Shown here: one piece after another, positions 27,261 to 41,880 of the stretch
How positions within the stretch are numbered: the stretch's first letter is position 1
How the letters are laid out: every line of letters starts with the position of its first letter
Made by a program: the position numbers and the translations under genes
The notes under the pieces: generated by a model
What the model was told of the DNA's origin: nothing
Databases searched by the model: none
The model's input: only the letters and a program-made list of their open reading frames with translations
DNA from: Octopus vulgaris
Lineage: Eukaryota
Reading direction: 5' to 3'
Length of the DNA stretch: 64,000 bases
Assembly (NCBI GenBank): GCA_951406725.2
Contig: OX597818.1
Span: forward strand, 26,040,001-26,104,000

Positions 27261-30029
27261 ATGTAAACTTACTGTTAACAAAAGTCGGGATGTGTGGCAT
27301 TCAGTTACTCAATAAATGAAAAGTGTATTAAATACTACAAAATGTGCACGTAGGACAGACACAGAAGGATTGTAATTCTTTATCAGATATCAACTGAAAA
27401 ATACTAATACTCAGTTTTGTGCCCGTAACGATGAGAACTTCATTTATCAGCAGCACTCAACCAAAGCCTTGTGAGTGGATTTGGTAGACAGAAACTGAAA
27501 AGAAGCCCACCCATCATATATGTGTGTGTATATGTTTGGGAGTCTGTGTTTGACCCCTACCATCACCTGACAACTGATGTTGGTGTGTTTACATCCCTGT
27601 AACTTAGCAGTTTGTCAAAAGAGACCGATAGAATAAGTACTAGGCTTACAAAGAACAAGTCTTGGGGCCAAATTGTTCGACTAAAGGCGGTGCTCCAGCA
27701 TGGCCATAGTCAAATGACTGAAACAAATAAAAGAAATATATAGGTTGGATGTCTGCATAGTTTTAATCTCATAAATTCTGCTCCAAAGATATTGCTTAAC
27801 CTGAGACTATATTAGAATTCATTGTCTAAGGGGCTGCACAGTAAGATTGAAACTGGAACTATGTAGTAGCAAAGAACTGCCCTCCTATACCTGTGATAGT
27901 TTGGAGATTTAATTTGTCACACAGATTATTACTATCTCCTGTGCTTTAGGCATCATTAGCAGAATCCACTGTTTTGCAACCATTGACACAGTTGCCATTC
28001 TGAAGATATCTCAAATACCATTTTTTTTCTCCTTTGTCAACTTTGGATCTCCTCCAAAAAGGTCATGGGTACTGCCTGCTACTATTTGTCCTCTAATCCA
28101 TTCACCCTTACATGCTACCTTAAAAATCCTTTTTAACTGCCAAATAGGATCACTGAGTTGAAGAAGGAAAATAATTGGAATGCCTGTTATTTTAATGAAA
28201 AATAACTTCTAAGGGAGTCACTTTTCACTATATATAAATGATATAATTTCTGACATTTAATATCAGACTTAGTCTAAATTACTAAATAATTAACCTAGAT
28301 AGTTCCTTTAAAGCTGATTTAGCAGTATATATATGGATATTATCACATTAATCATTTGTTAAGACTTTGAAGTATTAAGAATGGACAAATTGACCTGTAT
28401 AGACACATGATATTCCGGGTAAGAATATCTAAGTCAAAAGCTGAACATGTAAAGAATACAGATTAAACAAACAGTGTAATTTCGATACTGTTGTAATTTT
28501 GATACTGTTGTATCTGGCTCCTGTTCACTTATCTTAAAACCTCCCTTTGGAATGCAGATAATCAGTTGAAAAACTAGTCATGATCAACAAATCCATTGCT
28601 CTACCTATGTAACATATTCTTATTTCTTTATTGCCCACAAGGGGCTAAACATAGAGGGGACAAAGAAGGACAGACAAAAGGATTAAGTCAATTACATTGA
28701 CCCCAGTGCGTAACTGGTACTTAATTTATCGACCTCGTACAGGCAAGATTGAAATTGTGCTTGTGTACAATTTAAACTAACCACAGGGAATCTCTGTGCT
28801 TAATCAAACTATGTCATGAACAAATGCATAGATTAAACAGAAACCACCAGGATATTCTGGAGACTCTGCTAAAACTAACACAACTGCACATATAGCTATA
28901 TTTTTAATATAACACATGCAAATAAACACAGAAAATTCTGTGCCTTACAAAATGACTCGCCACAAAAAAAAAAAACTGTAATAAAATGTTCTTATTTTTC
29001 TGTCTCTGTGTTTCTATTTCTTCATGCGCATCTCTTTTATCTTGTTTTGAAATGTAGCAAAGTATTCTTGTCTATAAGGAGCCATATAAAATACATATGT
29101 ATCCTATTTGAATGTTTCTTATTCACATTCTTTTATTTGTCTACTCTTTACGCTTGCCACAGTTCACTGCAGAATGTTTATTTACATGTTCATGTATTTG
29201 CAAATCGAAACAGATAAAATTGCTGTATGTGGGGTTTATTTTATACAAAGTTATGTAGACATTTACGAATGAAATCTATTGAAAGCAATTTTATTACAAA
29301 TTTACTGATCATGGTCAGTACTGGGTAGACACTTATTTGCCATTCTTGTTTCAAAGCTGCTTTCTGTAGAGTGGTATAAGTGTTTTCAGTAGATTGGAAA
29401 TGATATCAAATAATATGTAGGAGTAGTATAAACACTGATGTGAGGACCTAGCTGTATAATGTTAGATCCTCATATCTCTGTTTAATTTCATACATTTATG
29501 TACAAGGCCTGTATTCATATTGGTTCAGTTGGTTATTCCTCTTATAAACTGGAGTTCATAAAAAGGAGAAAACAATTTTTTAATATAAAATACATAACTC
29601 TACAAATATTTAAGTCTTTTCACTCCAGGGATACTGTTGTTTTTTGTTGTTGTTTACCTTATAATTACTAAATAATGTTAGATGAAAATCAGCACCTGCT
29701 TTCAGTATTCATTGCATCTTCAGCTTTTACTGTCACAAAAACCCAGGAATCAATGCTCATAAGTTGCTCTACACTAAACATTTGATTTTCATTGAGAATC
29801 AGTCAAGGATCTACAAAGAAATTTTCAGCATCACCAAAGCTTATTTAAAATTAAGCAGCAGCAAAACAAGAAAACTCCAACAAGAAGTAAATGGATTTAT
29901 ATGTTTAATAATCATCAAAAGAAGAGAAAGATTCAGGCACTGTTCCAATGGTTTTCAAAAATTAAATGCATGAGATATTTGGCTGATATACTTATATATA
30001 TATGTAGGTATATATATGTGTGTGTGTGT

Positions 30030-30069
<40 letters not shown>

Positions 30070-30112
30070 ATATGTATATGTGTGTATATATATACATACA
30101 TATGTATATATA

Positions 30113-31262
30113 TCTGTATATATAAAAGGCAGGATGTGTGTGTACGTGAAAGTAATTTATGCACGTCCACAAATTAGCACGCATGTCACTCCAATTTTAG
30201 GAGGACATTCGTCCTAACCCTAGCTGTATTTTCGTCAACTTATTTTTCCCAGAGCACCAGTGAATAGCAGTAAAAATAAATTTTCAACCAAAACTTTTAA
30301 GTTTTCAAGTCGGTGAAATCACCATTGTTTACAAACAGGAGTTAAGTCCTCTTCTAGTGATGAGTAAGTTTCTGTTAAGACTTTTGTTGTTTTTTTTTTC
30401 CATCGAGGAAAAAGTGTTTCGTTGATATACAGGCCACGCAACCACACACAAACATGTATGCGTACAAAAAACAGGTATACAATAGGTGTACGTACGTATG
30501 TGTGTGTGTGTGTGTTGCCCATATATATATATACTTAAGACTTAGTTGTGATCTGAACATAACCTCTTCAGACACAGAGAATCGGGAGCCCTTTTGGGCA
30601 TTCTATTTTCCTTGCTGGAAAGGTTCCCAACACATGGGCAACTAGGGTTAGATGATATGGTTGGTGTTTTCAAAGGGCTGGCATGTGCAACCTGATCCCC
30701 TCTGCCAATCAAACTCCCAACCCATGCGCTCCCATCACGACACTGATTCTGCAGAACTGGGTTGGGTGTGAAAACCAACTTTAAAGTATAAATATAGATG
30801 TTTTTGAATCGGCAATATTGTGTTCGGTTAAGTCCTATTTGGGGTGAAAAATCAATAAACTGATTGCTTATGGGGTTTTCCATTTAATCAGGATAAAAAA
30901 AAAATCGATAAACCAATTCCTTACAGGATTTCCCAATAAAATTGGCTACACCCCATTTTCAACCATAACTTTTACTAATTTTGATGTATTTTGTTCAAAC
31001 TTGATGCCAGCATTACTTAGGACTCATGGGATCTTTGAATACTTTAAGTTCTCCAAAAACGAAAATAAAAATCGATAAACCTATTCCTTATAGGATTACC
31101 CAATCAAGTTGCCTGCAACTCATTTTCAGCCAAAAGTTTACCAATTTCAATGGATTTCGCCCAAATTTGACATCAATGTTACTTAATTTGGTTTGAAATA
31201 AAGAACTTCGTTAGCTTAATAATCCTAACTTAATCCCAGGCAAAGCCGGGCTATACTGCTAG
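30113..31262 (+). mobile_element. Non-autonomous Helitron
   Basis: 5' end A|TCTGTATATATAAAAGG. 3' hairpin cccaggc-aaa-gccggg about 8 nt before CTAG|T. Inserted between A and T with no TSD. Confidence 0.8.
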
Positions 31263-31289
31263 TATATATATATATATATATATATATAG

Positions 31290-31790
31290 CCTCTATGCAG
31301 CATATAAGCTACTGGGAAAGACTCAAGAGATTAAGACTCTATTCCTTACAGCGTAGGCAAGAAAGATATGCCATAATATACATCTGGAAGGACTTGTCCC
31401 AAACTTTGGCATCGAGAGTTACACAAATACTAGAACTGGGCACCACTGCATAGTGCCAAGGACTCCAAATTTGCCATCAAGATATAGGACAAGATACTGC
31501 AATAGCCTGGGCTTCAGAGGTCCACAGCTCTTCAATATCCTCCCGAAGGACCTGAGAGACCTGCATGGGGTGGATGTAGGTGTCTTCAAAATAAAGCTGG
31601 ACCTCTTATTGTCAAGTGTCCCAGATGAGCCAACTTCACGACAGGAGGTGCAATTAAGAGCAGTGGCATCAAACTCCCTCATGCAGCAAATGTCAATTCC
31701 TTAAAAGCATTCGTGAAGTAAAATTATGTGGCAATACCAAGTGGTGATGCCCCAGCATGGCCACAGCTCACGAGCTGAAGCTAGATATAA
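31290..31790 (+). mobile_element. CR1/L2/Jockey-group LINE 3' remnant
   Basis: SYWERLKRLRLYSLQRRQERYAIIYIWK and NSLGFRGPQLFNILPKDLR..FKIKLDLLLSSVPDEP, a typical post-RT C-terminus. Confidence 0.75.
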
Positions 31791-32379
31791 AAAAAAAATA
31801 TCTCCTAGCCGGCTGCCAACACTTTTTTCTGCAAAATAGGGGTAGCTTATCCTGTGATTTGATCCACAACTGTGAGTTGAAAGTTTGAAACTAAGACAAT
31901 TGCAGTATGGAAGGTACATCTTAGCTAGTAAAAAAGACACATATTGTTAACTTCTCTCAAACATTTATTAATTGTAATAGAATGTCAAAATTTTCATCAC
32001 ACAAACTGCAAACTGGTTGCCAACAAGATTACACTGCATCACTGAGATGTGTGTAAATTTATCAGTAACCAGGTCAATGTTTGTGCATTGAAAATTTTAA
32101 CATCTTATAATAAATGCTGAAGTGAAGTCAAGTCTTCATTTAATTTTGAATGGCTAAGAGTATTTAATTTGACATGAAAACAAATAGTGATATTTGTCTT
32201 CATGTCAAGTTATATATAAAAACAATTTAACATAAAAATTGAAGGATTACTCAATACTTTTTAGTAGAACACATATCTATCAATTTTTAAAACGAAAAGG
32301 TTAACAGTGCCTTTGAAGTTTCAGCTTACTTCATTTGCATATGAAAATTTTTGCTTATGTATGACTAATGGTTAGTGAC

Positions 32380-33410
32380 ATAGGAGTAAAAGTTAGATGG
32401 ACTCAGAGACAGGAGACATTCTAGAGGAAGGCAAGGAAGTTGAAAGGGCAGACAACCCATAGTAGGGTAAATGATCTATTTATAGATGCATGGGACAAGA
32501 CAGAAGTAGGAAGGTATAAAATTATAATGCAGAGGACATCTAGGAATTTCAACAGAATAACTTGCTGAGAGCAAGCTCCATAGACAGAGCTGTAAAGGCT
32601 AAGAGTTAGCCTTGGCTGAGACAGGACAGTAAAGAGCAATGCTCAGTTGCAAGAAGAGAACTTCGGGTATATTTAGCTGAGAATAAAAGGTTTGCCAATG
32701 TCTTAAGATTTGAAAATCAGTGGTATAAGGTATTCTGAATTGCAAGATAGTTTGTGAGACTAAATCAAGACATTGGGGAGAAGTGTGGATGGAATTACCT
32801 CATTCATTTTTTTAGTCAATGAAAAGAAAGAAACATGGAAGTACTATTATAAGAAGTTACTGAATGCAAAGAATATGTGAGGGAAAACAGGTCTATGCTA
32901 AGTTGACCTAACAAAAATCAGGGAAGTTACTTTTTGTCCATCAGGAATCCCAGCTGAGCTACTTAAAATATGTAGCAGAATGAGATATGACCTATCACAA
33001 ATATAGTAAATCAGATTGCACTGGAATTTGTCATACCTAATGACTAGCATGGCAGTATCATTGTCAACCGTAAAGACAAGAGGAAGGAAATTACAATACT
33101 GCAATTGATTAGGAAGAGAATTAACATAGATGCAATGCAGTATGGTTTAGTACCAAGAAGTACCATTCATACCATCCTTCAAGTGATACAGTTAAAAGAG
33201 AACTAGGAATAAGTCCCAAACCCTTTCACAGTGTTCCCCACTCTATCTGGTGTTCACTGAGGATGTTTGGAGTACACTAATGGCTTGTGAGAGCTGTACA
33301 AGGTCAACAAGGTGAGAAATAGTGATAAGGTCAATGTGAAGGTGAGCTGCACCTCTGATCAGCATATGTCCTTACATAGATTATTGTTCTTCAAGGCATA
33401 ACAAGTTTAA
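32380..33410 (+). mobile_element. Highly decayed RTE-type LINE
   Basis: GIPAELLK and MQYGLVPRST..AILQVIQLKE motifs, homologous to the 21751 element. Confidence 0.55.
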
Positions 33411-33439
33411 GATTGTGTGCTTGATTTTTTTTTTTTTTT

Positions 33440-34900
33440 TGTTCATTTTGCATCATTCCTGAGAGAATGTGGCATTTGGGCTATCTGAGATTGGGTAGGT
33501 TGAAGTTTCCCATAAGAGGTACACTGACCCATTTTGACTGCTTCTATTATTGTAAGGCAATCTTCAAACTTAACCATATGATTTGGGGCCTCTGCTGGAC
33601 AAAATGTAGTACTTATAACTATTTTAAGTTGTATGTACTATTGGTTTTTCACATATAGTGTGAATATGACAGCAGGATAAGAGCTGTGAGGTCTTCATGG
33701 AGGTACATTGCAATTCTACCATGACTCCTTTTCTATCAATTTACAATACAACATGCTTTCTTATGTTTATTTCTGCATCTGCTGTATCAGGTGTCAGATA
33801 TATGAGTGTGATTGATTGCAGCAAGATGTCTCTCAGGTAATGAATTTTGGTTTTGATTACTAAGTTATAATAAGCCTCTAACATTCAATAGAATAACTGG
33901 TGTGACATTTTCACAGGTGTCAGAAGTGCCCCACTTCCACCCCTGGACCTGTTGTTGGTCATGACTTTGTGTGTTGGTAGATATTCCTCTGATTTTAACT
34001 CCAATGTTGCCAGGTTAGCTACCACACAATCTTTTGTGTCATGCTCAAAAAATATTGCTGCTTAGCTCATACCTTTTTTTACTACATCTGAGTTGATTGA
34101 CATGATGAGTACTACATCTGTGTGTTCTTTTAGGAGGAGACAGTATGCCATCTGTTCCCTTTTGACAACTCTGTTTTTCTTGTGTTACTTGTTAGAAGAA
34201 GTTTGTCACCTTGTCGGGTACAGCTGTAACAAAGGTTTCAGGTGCTCAAAATGACAGTTTTGCACCATTTTTTCCATGCCAACAAGTGCCTTACAGGTAA
34301 AATTCACTGATTACCTGTGTGCATTTCCTTTTGTTTCTTCCTCTTCCCAAAAGTCTTTTTTTGACTTTTGTTTATATTTTGGGGTTATAGCTAGTGTTTC
34401 TTGATTTAGTTTGTTTCTGCTCATGATAGCTCTGTATGGCAGGAATTTTAGCTACTTTGTTTTAGTCCTCTACTTTCTTTTTATTTATTTTTTTTTGTGT
34501 GTGTGTGTGATTATTTCCATTAACAGATTCAGAGTTGGTTGCTCTAGTGTTGCCTTCTTTGTCGGACTTTTCATTTAGGACTTCAGCTTTGGTCTGAGGG
34601 TCTGCAGAATTAGGAGGACCCCTATTATTTTGCACCTATGTTTCTACCTTCATCTTCGCTTGCTTCATCATTTTTAAGGATAGTGTCTAGCAGCATGTGG
34701 TTTGATGATTGTGTAAAAATGGTTAAATTCATTTTTCTTCCTATCTATTTTCACTGTAAAACTGGAAAATCTATTGCTCTTCAAAGCTGCTGCTATTAGG
34801 TTGTTGGGTGGATTTCTGTCTGCTATGTTCCCTGCCTAAAGAAATATTACAGCACCTCATTTTTCCAGTTTCATAACATCTTTAATATATTGTTTACCAT
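33440..34900 (-). mobile_element. Decayed LINE 5' part (ORF1 plus APE endonuclease remnant)
   Basis: Minus strand LMGNFNLP (GDFN-like) near 33510, with a K-rich ORF1-like stretch upstream. Confidence 0.35.
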
Positions 34901-35444
34901 CATATCTTTCCTCATAGAATTTATGTATTCATGCATGTGATTTATGAATGCTGGAAGAGAACAAATGAAGGATGAGTTTCTGGTGAGAGAGAGAGGAGAG
35001 CAAGTGAGGGACAGCAGAGGGAGGAAAAGCAGCTAAGACAGTGAGGGGAAGGTAAGGGAAAGAAAGGGGAGACTGAGAAAACATGAAAATGCAAGAAAAG
35101 CAAAGAATATCATGAACAAGACACAGATGGCAAGACATATTTAAATAGGGAGAGAACGAGAAAAATTTGTGTGAAATATATAGTTATATAGAGAAATAAA
35201 CAGATTAGCACCCACTACACTCTCGGAGTGATTGGCATTAGGAAGGGCATCTATCTGTAGAAACATTGCCAGATCAGATTAGAGTCTGGTGCAGCCCTGG
35301 TTCCTATTGCAATTCCAGATTTTGGTGATAAACAGCGGTGTCAAACATGAAATGGTTGTTTGCATGTATATATATATTTATATATATGTGTGTGTGTGTA
35401 TATATATATATGTGTGTGTGTGTGTATAAATGTGTATGTGTATA

Positions 35445-36250
35445 CATGGCAGTGAAAGATGGTCTGTGACAGCCAGAAATGAGGCCAGTATGCTTCACTG
35501 GATGTGCAATATCAGTGTGCATATATGACAGAGTAAGCATCTTGAGAGGAAAATTGAGCATAAGAGGTATCAGATGTGGTGTACAAGAGAGGTGACTGAG
35601 CTTGTATGGTCATGTGATGCATATGGACTAGGACAGCTGTGTAAAGAAGTACTGATCATTAACTGTGGAGGGAGCCTATGGTAGAGGTAGACTCAGGAAG
35701 ACATGGGATGAGGTGGTGAAGCATGATCTTCAAAGTTTGGGCCTCACAGAGGCAATGACTAGTGACCAAGACCTTTTGCGATATGTTGTGCTTAAGAAGA
35801 CCCATCAAGGCAAGTGAAATGATAGTTTTGAGTGATGCTGGTGTCACATAAGTGGCACCCGTACCAGTAGTACATAAAAAGCACCTTTCAAGCATTGGGC
35901 CTCATGGAGGCAAAGTAGCTGCTAGTGGTACATCAAAAGATCCTTTCGAGTGTTGAACCTCATGGAGGCATTGGCTGAGAACTTTGGCATTATGTCATGC
36001 TTGAGAAGAAGACCCATCAAGCCAAGTGAAATTGCAGTCATGGCAAATACCAGTGTCCTGTAAATGGCATCTATGTCAGTGGCACATAAAAGCACCCATA
36101 ACACTTTTGGAGTGGTTGGCGTTAGGAAGGGCATCCAGGCATAGAAACCATGCCTAATCAAACTGGAGTCTGGTGCAACCTTCCAACTTGCCAGCTCTGG
36201 CCAGGCCATCCAACCCATGCCATCATAGGCAACAGACACTGAATAATGAT
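35445..36250 (+). mobile_element. RTE 3' end plus associated SINE-like tail
   Basis: LREKLSIRGIRCGVQER-like and GRGRLRKTWDEVVKHDL motifs. Same downstream repeat as 22890-23400. Confidence 0.7.
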
Positions 36251-36676
36251 ATGTTCATATACACACAAAAATCATACATATATATATATATATCCAACCC
36301 ATGCTAGTACGGAAAATAGATGTTAAAGAATGACAGTACATACATGCATTCGTTCATTCATTTTTGTATGAGTTGACTAAATTAGAAACTGAAAAAAGAA
36401 GTATGGTGAAGGGATAGAACTTACTACTAAAATGGTACATGAAACATTTTCTTGCTTTTAACATTATAAATATCTGGGTTTGTTAACAAACTGTTTTATG
36501 ATAATTCTTAATATAGTTTGATGTATTGTATTACCTTTGCATGCAGTGTAGTATGAGCTGCATAATAAAATCATATGCACATTTTAATTTTTTTTTATGT
36601 CTGATACTTTGATATATTTGTATCAAATTTCTTTGGCTGTTGGCTTAAATTTCTTTTTAAATTAATTTCTTTGCAG

Positions 36677-37073
36677 GCTTAAAAGGAAATATCAAGAGCC
36701 TGCTGTCCTCTTTCAGAATACATTCTATGCTCAGATGAAAAATGATAGTGAAACTGTACCTGCAGTTCCAATTACAGAAGCTGTTGCCAATAATACCTAC
36801 TGGAATACAAATGATATGAATGTCTTATATGAAGAAGTCAGCAAACCAACAAACCATGGGGTCAATGATATGGAAAATGCTCTCACGAATAACATCAACA
36901 AAGCATGCACAGCTGAGGCAGGTGCTGTGGCTTCTGGATATGACAGCAAACTAGACAAAGATGCTAATAAGCATCATACAGTGAAAGTTATGAACAACGA
37001 AATTCGTGTAGAATCAGAACAGAATGTTATCAATGAAAATTTATATGAAGATATGGCTGCACTAAAGAAGTGA
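36677..37073 (+). CDS. Terminal exon: cytoplasmic tail of the single-pass membrane protein
   Basis: Acceptor aatttctttgcag, phase 2 (TG|G=Trp). Reads LKRKYQEPAVLFQNTFYAQ directly into the listed ORF 36735-37073, ending ENLYEDMAALKK*. Confidence 0.88.
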
Positions 37074-39681
37074 CAATGTAGCTACTGTTAAGTTGTTAGT
37101 TAACAGTAAATGGTTGGTGCAATATTAATACTCATACAATGTGAAAAACAGAATGATTGAAAACAGAGCCATAAACAAAGCGTTTCACAAATTATGAAAC
37201 ACTTATTTTATTGGTTAATTTTATCAACCCCAGTACTTGTTTAGTACTTCATGTTTTAAAATATGAAGTTCAATCAAATGTCCACTTTAGAATATTGGTC
37301 ACAATTCAGTTACCTTGATTATACATTATTAGGAAATATTTCAGATGTTATTCTTTTGTAATATTTTCTGTTAAGTTTCTTAATTTTTGTTTTTTTAATC
37401 AATGAAGAAAGACCTTATTGCAGATGTTGATATTGTTATAGTTCTCAACTAGTTTGTACCATCATCATATCATGATCACATACTGGTATCCTTTCAAATT
37501 GTTTCAGCATTCCATTTGTACATCATGATTCTAATCAACTTATATATTCATTTTTGATATAAAAATTTATTACTCAAAGCAATTTTTTTTTTCTAGTGAA
37601 AAATCACTCACCTGCATCTATAGAAACAAACTAAATGAAACTTTGCAAGTCCTAGTCAATTGCTAATGTACTTTAGAATCATATTCTTTGTTTGAAACAA
37701 ACAAACAAACAAACACACACACACACATTACAGACTCACTCATACTCATGCACAAACACAATCTTCAGTCTGCTTCCTTCATGCATTGTTCTCTAAATTT
37801 TGTTTATCAACCTATATATTGATTGTCTGAAATGTCAGTATTATATATTCACTTGAGAACTGGATAGACTTTAAATATAAGGTAAAATATTTCTACTCTC
37901 TAAAAAGCAACAAAAAGAAAAAACTTCCACAAAACACTCATGCATAGTGTTGAAATTATTTTGTATTGTCACATTTGACATTGTTTGTATTTTTTTTTTT
38001 TTTTTTTCCTTTTCTCCTCAATTAAATTTTGATGCAATTAGAAACTGGACACAAAGCCATAGATTTAACACTTTTGTTACTATATTTCCATTGAAATACA
38101 CTGCCTTTTGTTTCAATTACTTTTGAAAATGGTGAAGAATTTAGTTAAGTTATTTTGTCATTATTTAAGCTGATGTTCAGAATATAAATTAACATGAAAT
38201 TCTGATGGGAGGTTTTAATAGTGAATTTGTATCATGGGACTAGAAGAGGTCTCAGGAAGGATGGTATCAAAAGGGTTAAACTAGATAAAGCAGTTGTAAC
38301 CATGCAGTTTTACATTTAAAGCCAGTCATTTCATAAATGAGGCTTGGTGACTGCTTGGTTTTGGTGATGACTTGCAAATCACCGAAAATCAGGTTGCCAC
38401 AGTCATATGTGTCTCTACTTGATTAAGGAAGAGGAAGTTCCAATCCATTTCTATAGCTCAGTGGTTAGCAATACAAAGTGTATCCAGCTGCACAAAATGT
38501 TGTTTTCAACAGCATTAACAAGCTAAAACAAACCCTTCCATTTTCATGCTTTCTTGGTAGTTTGAAAACTGCATAATAATAATAATAATAATAATGATAA
38601 TAATAATAATTCTTTCTACTGGAAGACAAGGCCTCAAATTTTGGAGAAGGGATTAAGTCAATTACATCGACCCCAGTGCATAACTGGTACTTATTTAATC
38701 AACTCTGAAAGGATGAAAGTCAACCTCGGTGGAATTTGAACTCAGAATGTAGCAGCAGACAAAATACTCCTGAGCATTTCAACCAAGTTTTAAAAATTTG
38801 ACATGAGGGCAGAGCATGCTCCCAAAAACAGCTCTATTGGGGACAGCTAGGATTTTCAGATTGGTACTTGGGTGTTGAGTATCTTCTGTGATACTTAACA
38901 GCTATGTACCAAGTCTTATAATTTGTGGAAAGGGACCTCGTGAGACTTTTGACAACAGGATGCTGCTCTCACAGGATTAACAAGAACAAATAAGATCAAG
39001 ATCTCTGAGAAATTATAAATATAATGATAATGGTGATGATGATGATGATGATGATGATGATGGTTTCTCATTTAACTACAACACCAGCTGTATTAATGAG
39101 AGTGTATTAGTCAGTTATATCAACCCCAGTACTCATTTAGTATATCATGTTATCAACCTCAAAGGGATGGAAGATGATGTTGACTTCAGTGAGATTTGAA
39201 CTCAGAATGTAAAGAACCAGAATAATTATAGTAAGGCATTCTTCTCCCCCCCCCATGCTCTAATGATGTTGTCAATCACTGCCTTTACTTGTTTCTAATT
39301 TTGGCACAAAGCCAGCAATTTTGGGGGGAAGTGTTAGTTTATTACATCATTTCCTTACGACCCCACTGCTTAACTAATAATGATAATAATGCAGACAGTG
39401 AAGAGAGTAACTGTCATCCCAGTTGTTGCAGGGGCACTCACAGCATTAACAACCAAGTTTGAGAAGTAGGTCAGAGAAACTGGAATTGACATGTGGGTAG
39501 AGTATGCCTCAAAAACTGCTCTGTTAGGGACAGCTAGGATTTTTATCAGCCTCAGAGAAAGGAAAAGCAAATTGAACCCTGGTGGGATTGAATCTCGAGA
39601 CAAAAAAAGAGCTAGAAAAAATACTGCAATGTATTGTCTCCAATGCTCTCATGATTCTGTCAATCCACTACAATAATAATA

Positions 39682-39721
<40 letters not shown>

Positions 39722-40958
39722 GTGATGACGGCAGTGGTGGTATGGGGGCATACACTGTAACAGCATGTCGCTGCATCACCATTTGTCGGTGATTTCCTAT
39801 TTCTGATGGATGATGCTTTTGCACCACTTGAGAACAACTCTTCAAGATTTGAGGAAACTTGTCACTAAATCTCAACATAAAATGCCTGCTAACTTAATTA
39901 GTATGCACTAACTTAATAATAATGATGATGATGATGATTACAATAATAATTGTTTCAAAATTTTTGCACTAGGCCAGCAATTTTAGGTGGAGGGGGCAAG
40001 TCAATCACATTGACCCTAATACTTAACTGGTAATTTATTCTATCAATCTCAAAAGAATGAAAGGTAAAGTTGGCTCTCAGTGGAATTTGGACTCAGAACA
40101 TGAAAAAGCCAGAAGAATGCCACAGGGCATGTTGTCCCACAGGTTCATGATTATGCTGGCTCAACCCCTTATTATTATTATTATTATTAAATAATAATAA
40201 TCCTTTCTACTATAGACACAAGACCTGAAATTTTGAGGGGATGCGGAATTCAGTTAAACCAATTTCAGTACTCAACTGGTACTTATTTTATCGGTCCTAA
40301 AAGGACAAAAGGCAATGTGGAGCTGGAAGAAATGCCACCAAGCATTTGTCCAGCATGCTAACAATTCTGTTGGCTCATTGTCTTCAAAATAATAATAACC
40401 TAGTCTTGCACATCAGCCTCTTATTAGCTTGGGAAACCCCAGAAATTATCTAAAAAGATCTCCATGCCACTTTTTTCACAGGTATTATCCTACTCCAACA
40501 TTGTATTGTGGTTAAAGAAGCATAGGGCTAAATAAATAATTGATTTTTGTTTGATGAAAATTCATATCGTACCTATAAAATTACTATATTCTATGCTTAT
40601 AAACACCAAAATTGTGAACTATAAATATCATAAATATCAAAGCAGACATTGAATATACTAGATGTTGTTTTACTAGTGTTTCATTATCATACTATCATTT
40701 GCTAGTAAAAGGAGGTCACCATGTATATCAGTGATAAGAATAACAATGCATACAAAGAAGTATTATAATATATGGTTACATCATCATCATCCCCAGCATT
40801 TAACATCCATGATGGCATGGGCTGGACAGCTTGACAGGAACTGGCAAGTCCAGGGGCCACCCCAAGTTTCATAGTCTGTTTTGACTTAGTTTCTTCAACT
40901 GGATGTCCTTCCTAATACCAACCATTTTACTGAGTGTACTAGGAGCTTTTTAAGTGGA

Positions 40959-41055
40959 ACTATCACAGTGCTTTTTACAGGGTACCATCACAGTGCTTTT
41001 TACAGAGTACCATCACAGTGCTTTTTACAGGATACCATCACAGTGCTTTTTATGT
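40959..41055. repeat. ~25-bp tandem repeat x4 inside a SINE
   Basis: (accatcacagtgctttttacagrgt)n. Confidence 0.85.
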
Positions 41056-41494
41056 AGAACCAGCATCAATACCGATGTTTTTATGTGACACCTTGGTTTT
41101 CGGATATCAATTCTGTTGTGGTGGGTAGGTCTTCTTGAGTACAGCTATGCACTGCATATCTCAGTCCTCTGTCACCTCCTTCATAAGGCTCAGCATTTTG
41201 AGATTGGCTTTCAATAATTCATGTTTTTTCAAATTTTCAAGTCAATACTACACATTACTTTAGTAAGTCATTCCTTTCAATTTACTATTACTTTGGAATT
41301 TAAATAACTTCATGACTATTCATGTTAAATTAGGAAGAAAAATTTAAGATACATAGTTATTTCAAGTTGTTACTTAGATGGAAATAGGGTTAGTATACTT
41401 ATGTTTTGGTACATTGATTAACTAAGCTTACAACTGAATAGATGCTGCTTATGATGAATGTATTTAGGTAAGTGTCTTATCAAAGGCTTCATAT

Positions 41495-41880
41495 AATAAT
41501 AATAATGAAATTATTGTATACAGTGCCCAGGTGCACCACAACTTGTCAAAAGTGCATGTAAAGCATAAGCAGTAGTGTACAAATGTCTGAAAAGTGAACA
41601 GTGTATGAGTCAGATACATGCTTGTGTGTGTATGGAGGGGAGAAAATCAGGTGTAATGTTGGTGAAAATCAGGAAGCATGGAAGTTTTGAAGGATGCAGT
41701 GCTCTGACAATTAACAACTGGTGCCAGCAGTTTGTTCCATACTTCAGCAACTCTCAGCGTAAAAAAATGTCTCCAAAAGTCATGGGAGCTGTGCTGTTTT
41801 CTGACTTTGTAAACATGTCCATGGTTGTTAGACAGGTGGAGTTTGAAAAGGTGCTCAGAGTTATTGTTTGTAAGATAGTT
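41495..41880 (-). mobile_element. CR1/L2-type 3' tail fragment
   Basis: Close copy of 53155-53525, ending in (ATT)n on the minus strand. Confidence 0.8.
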
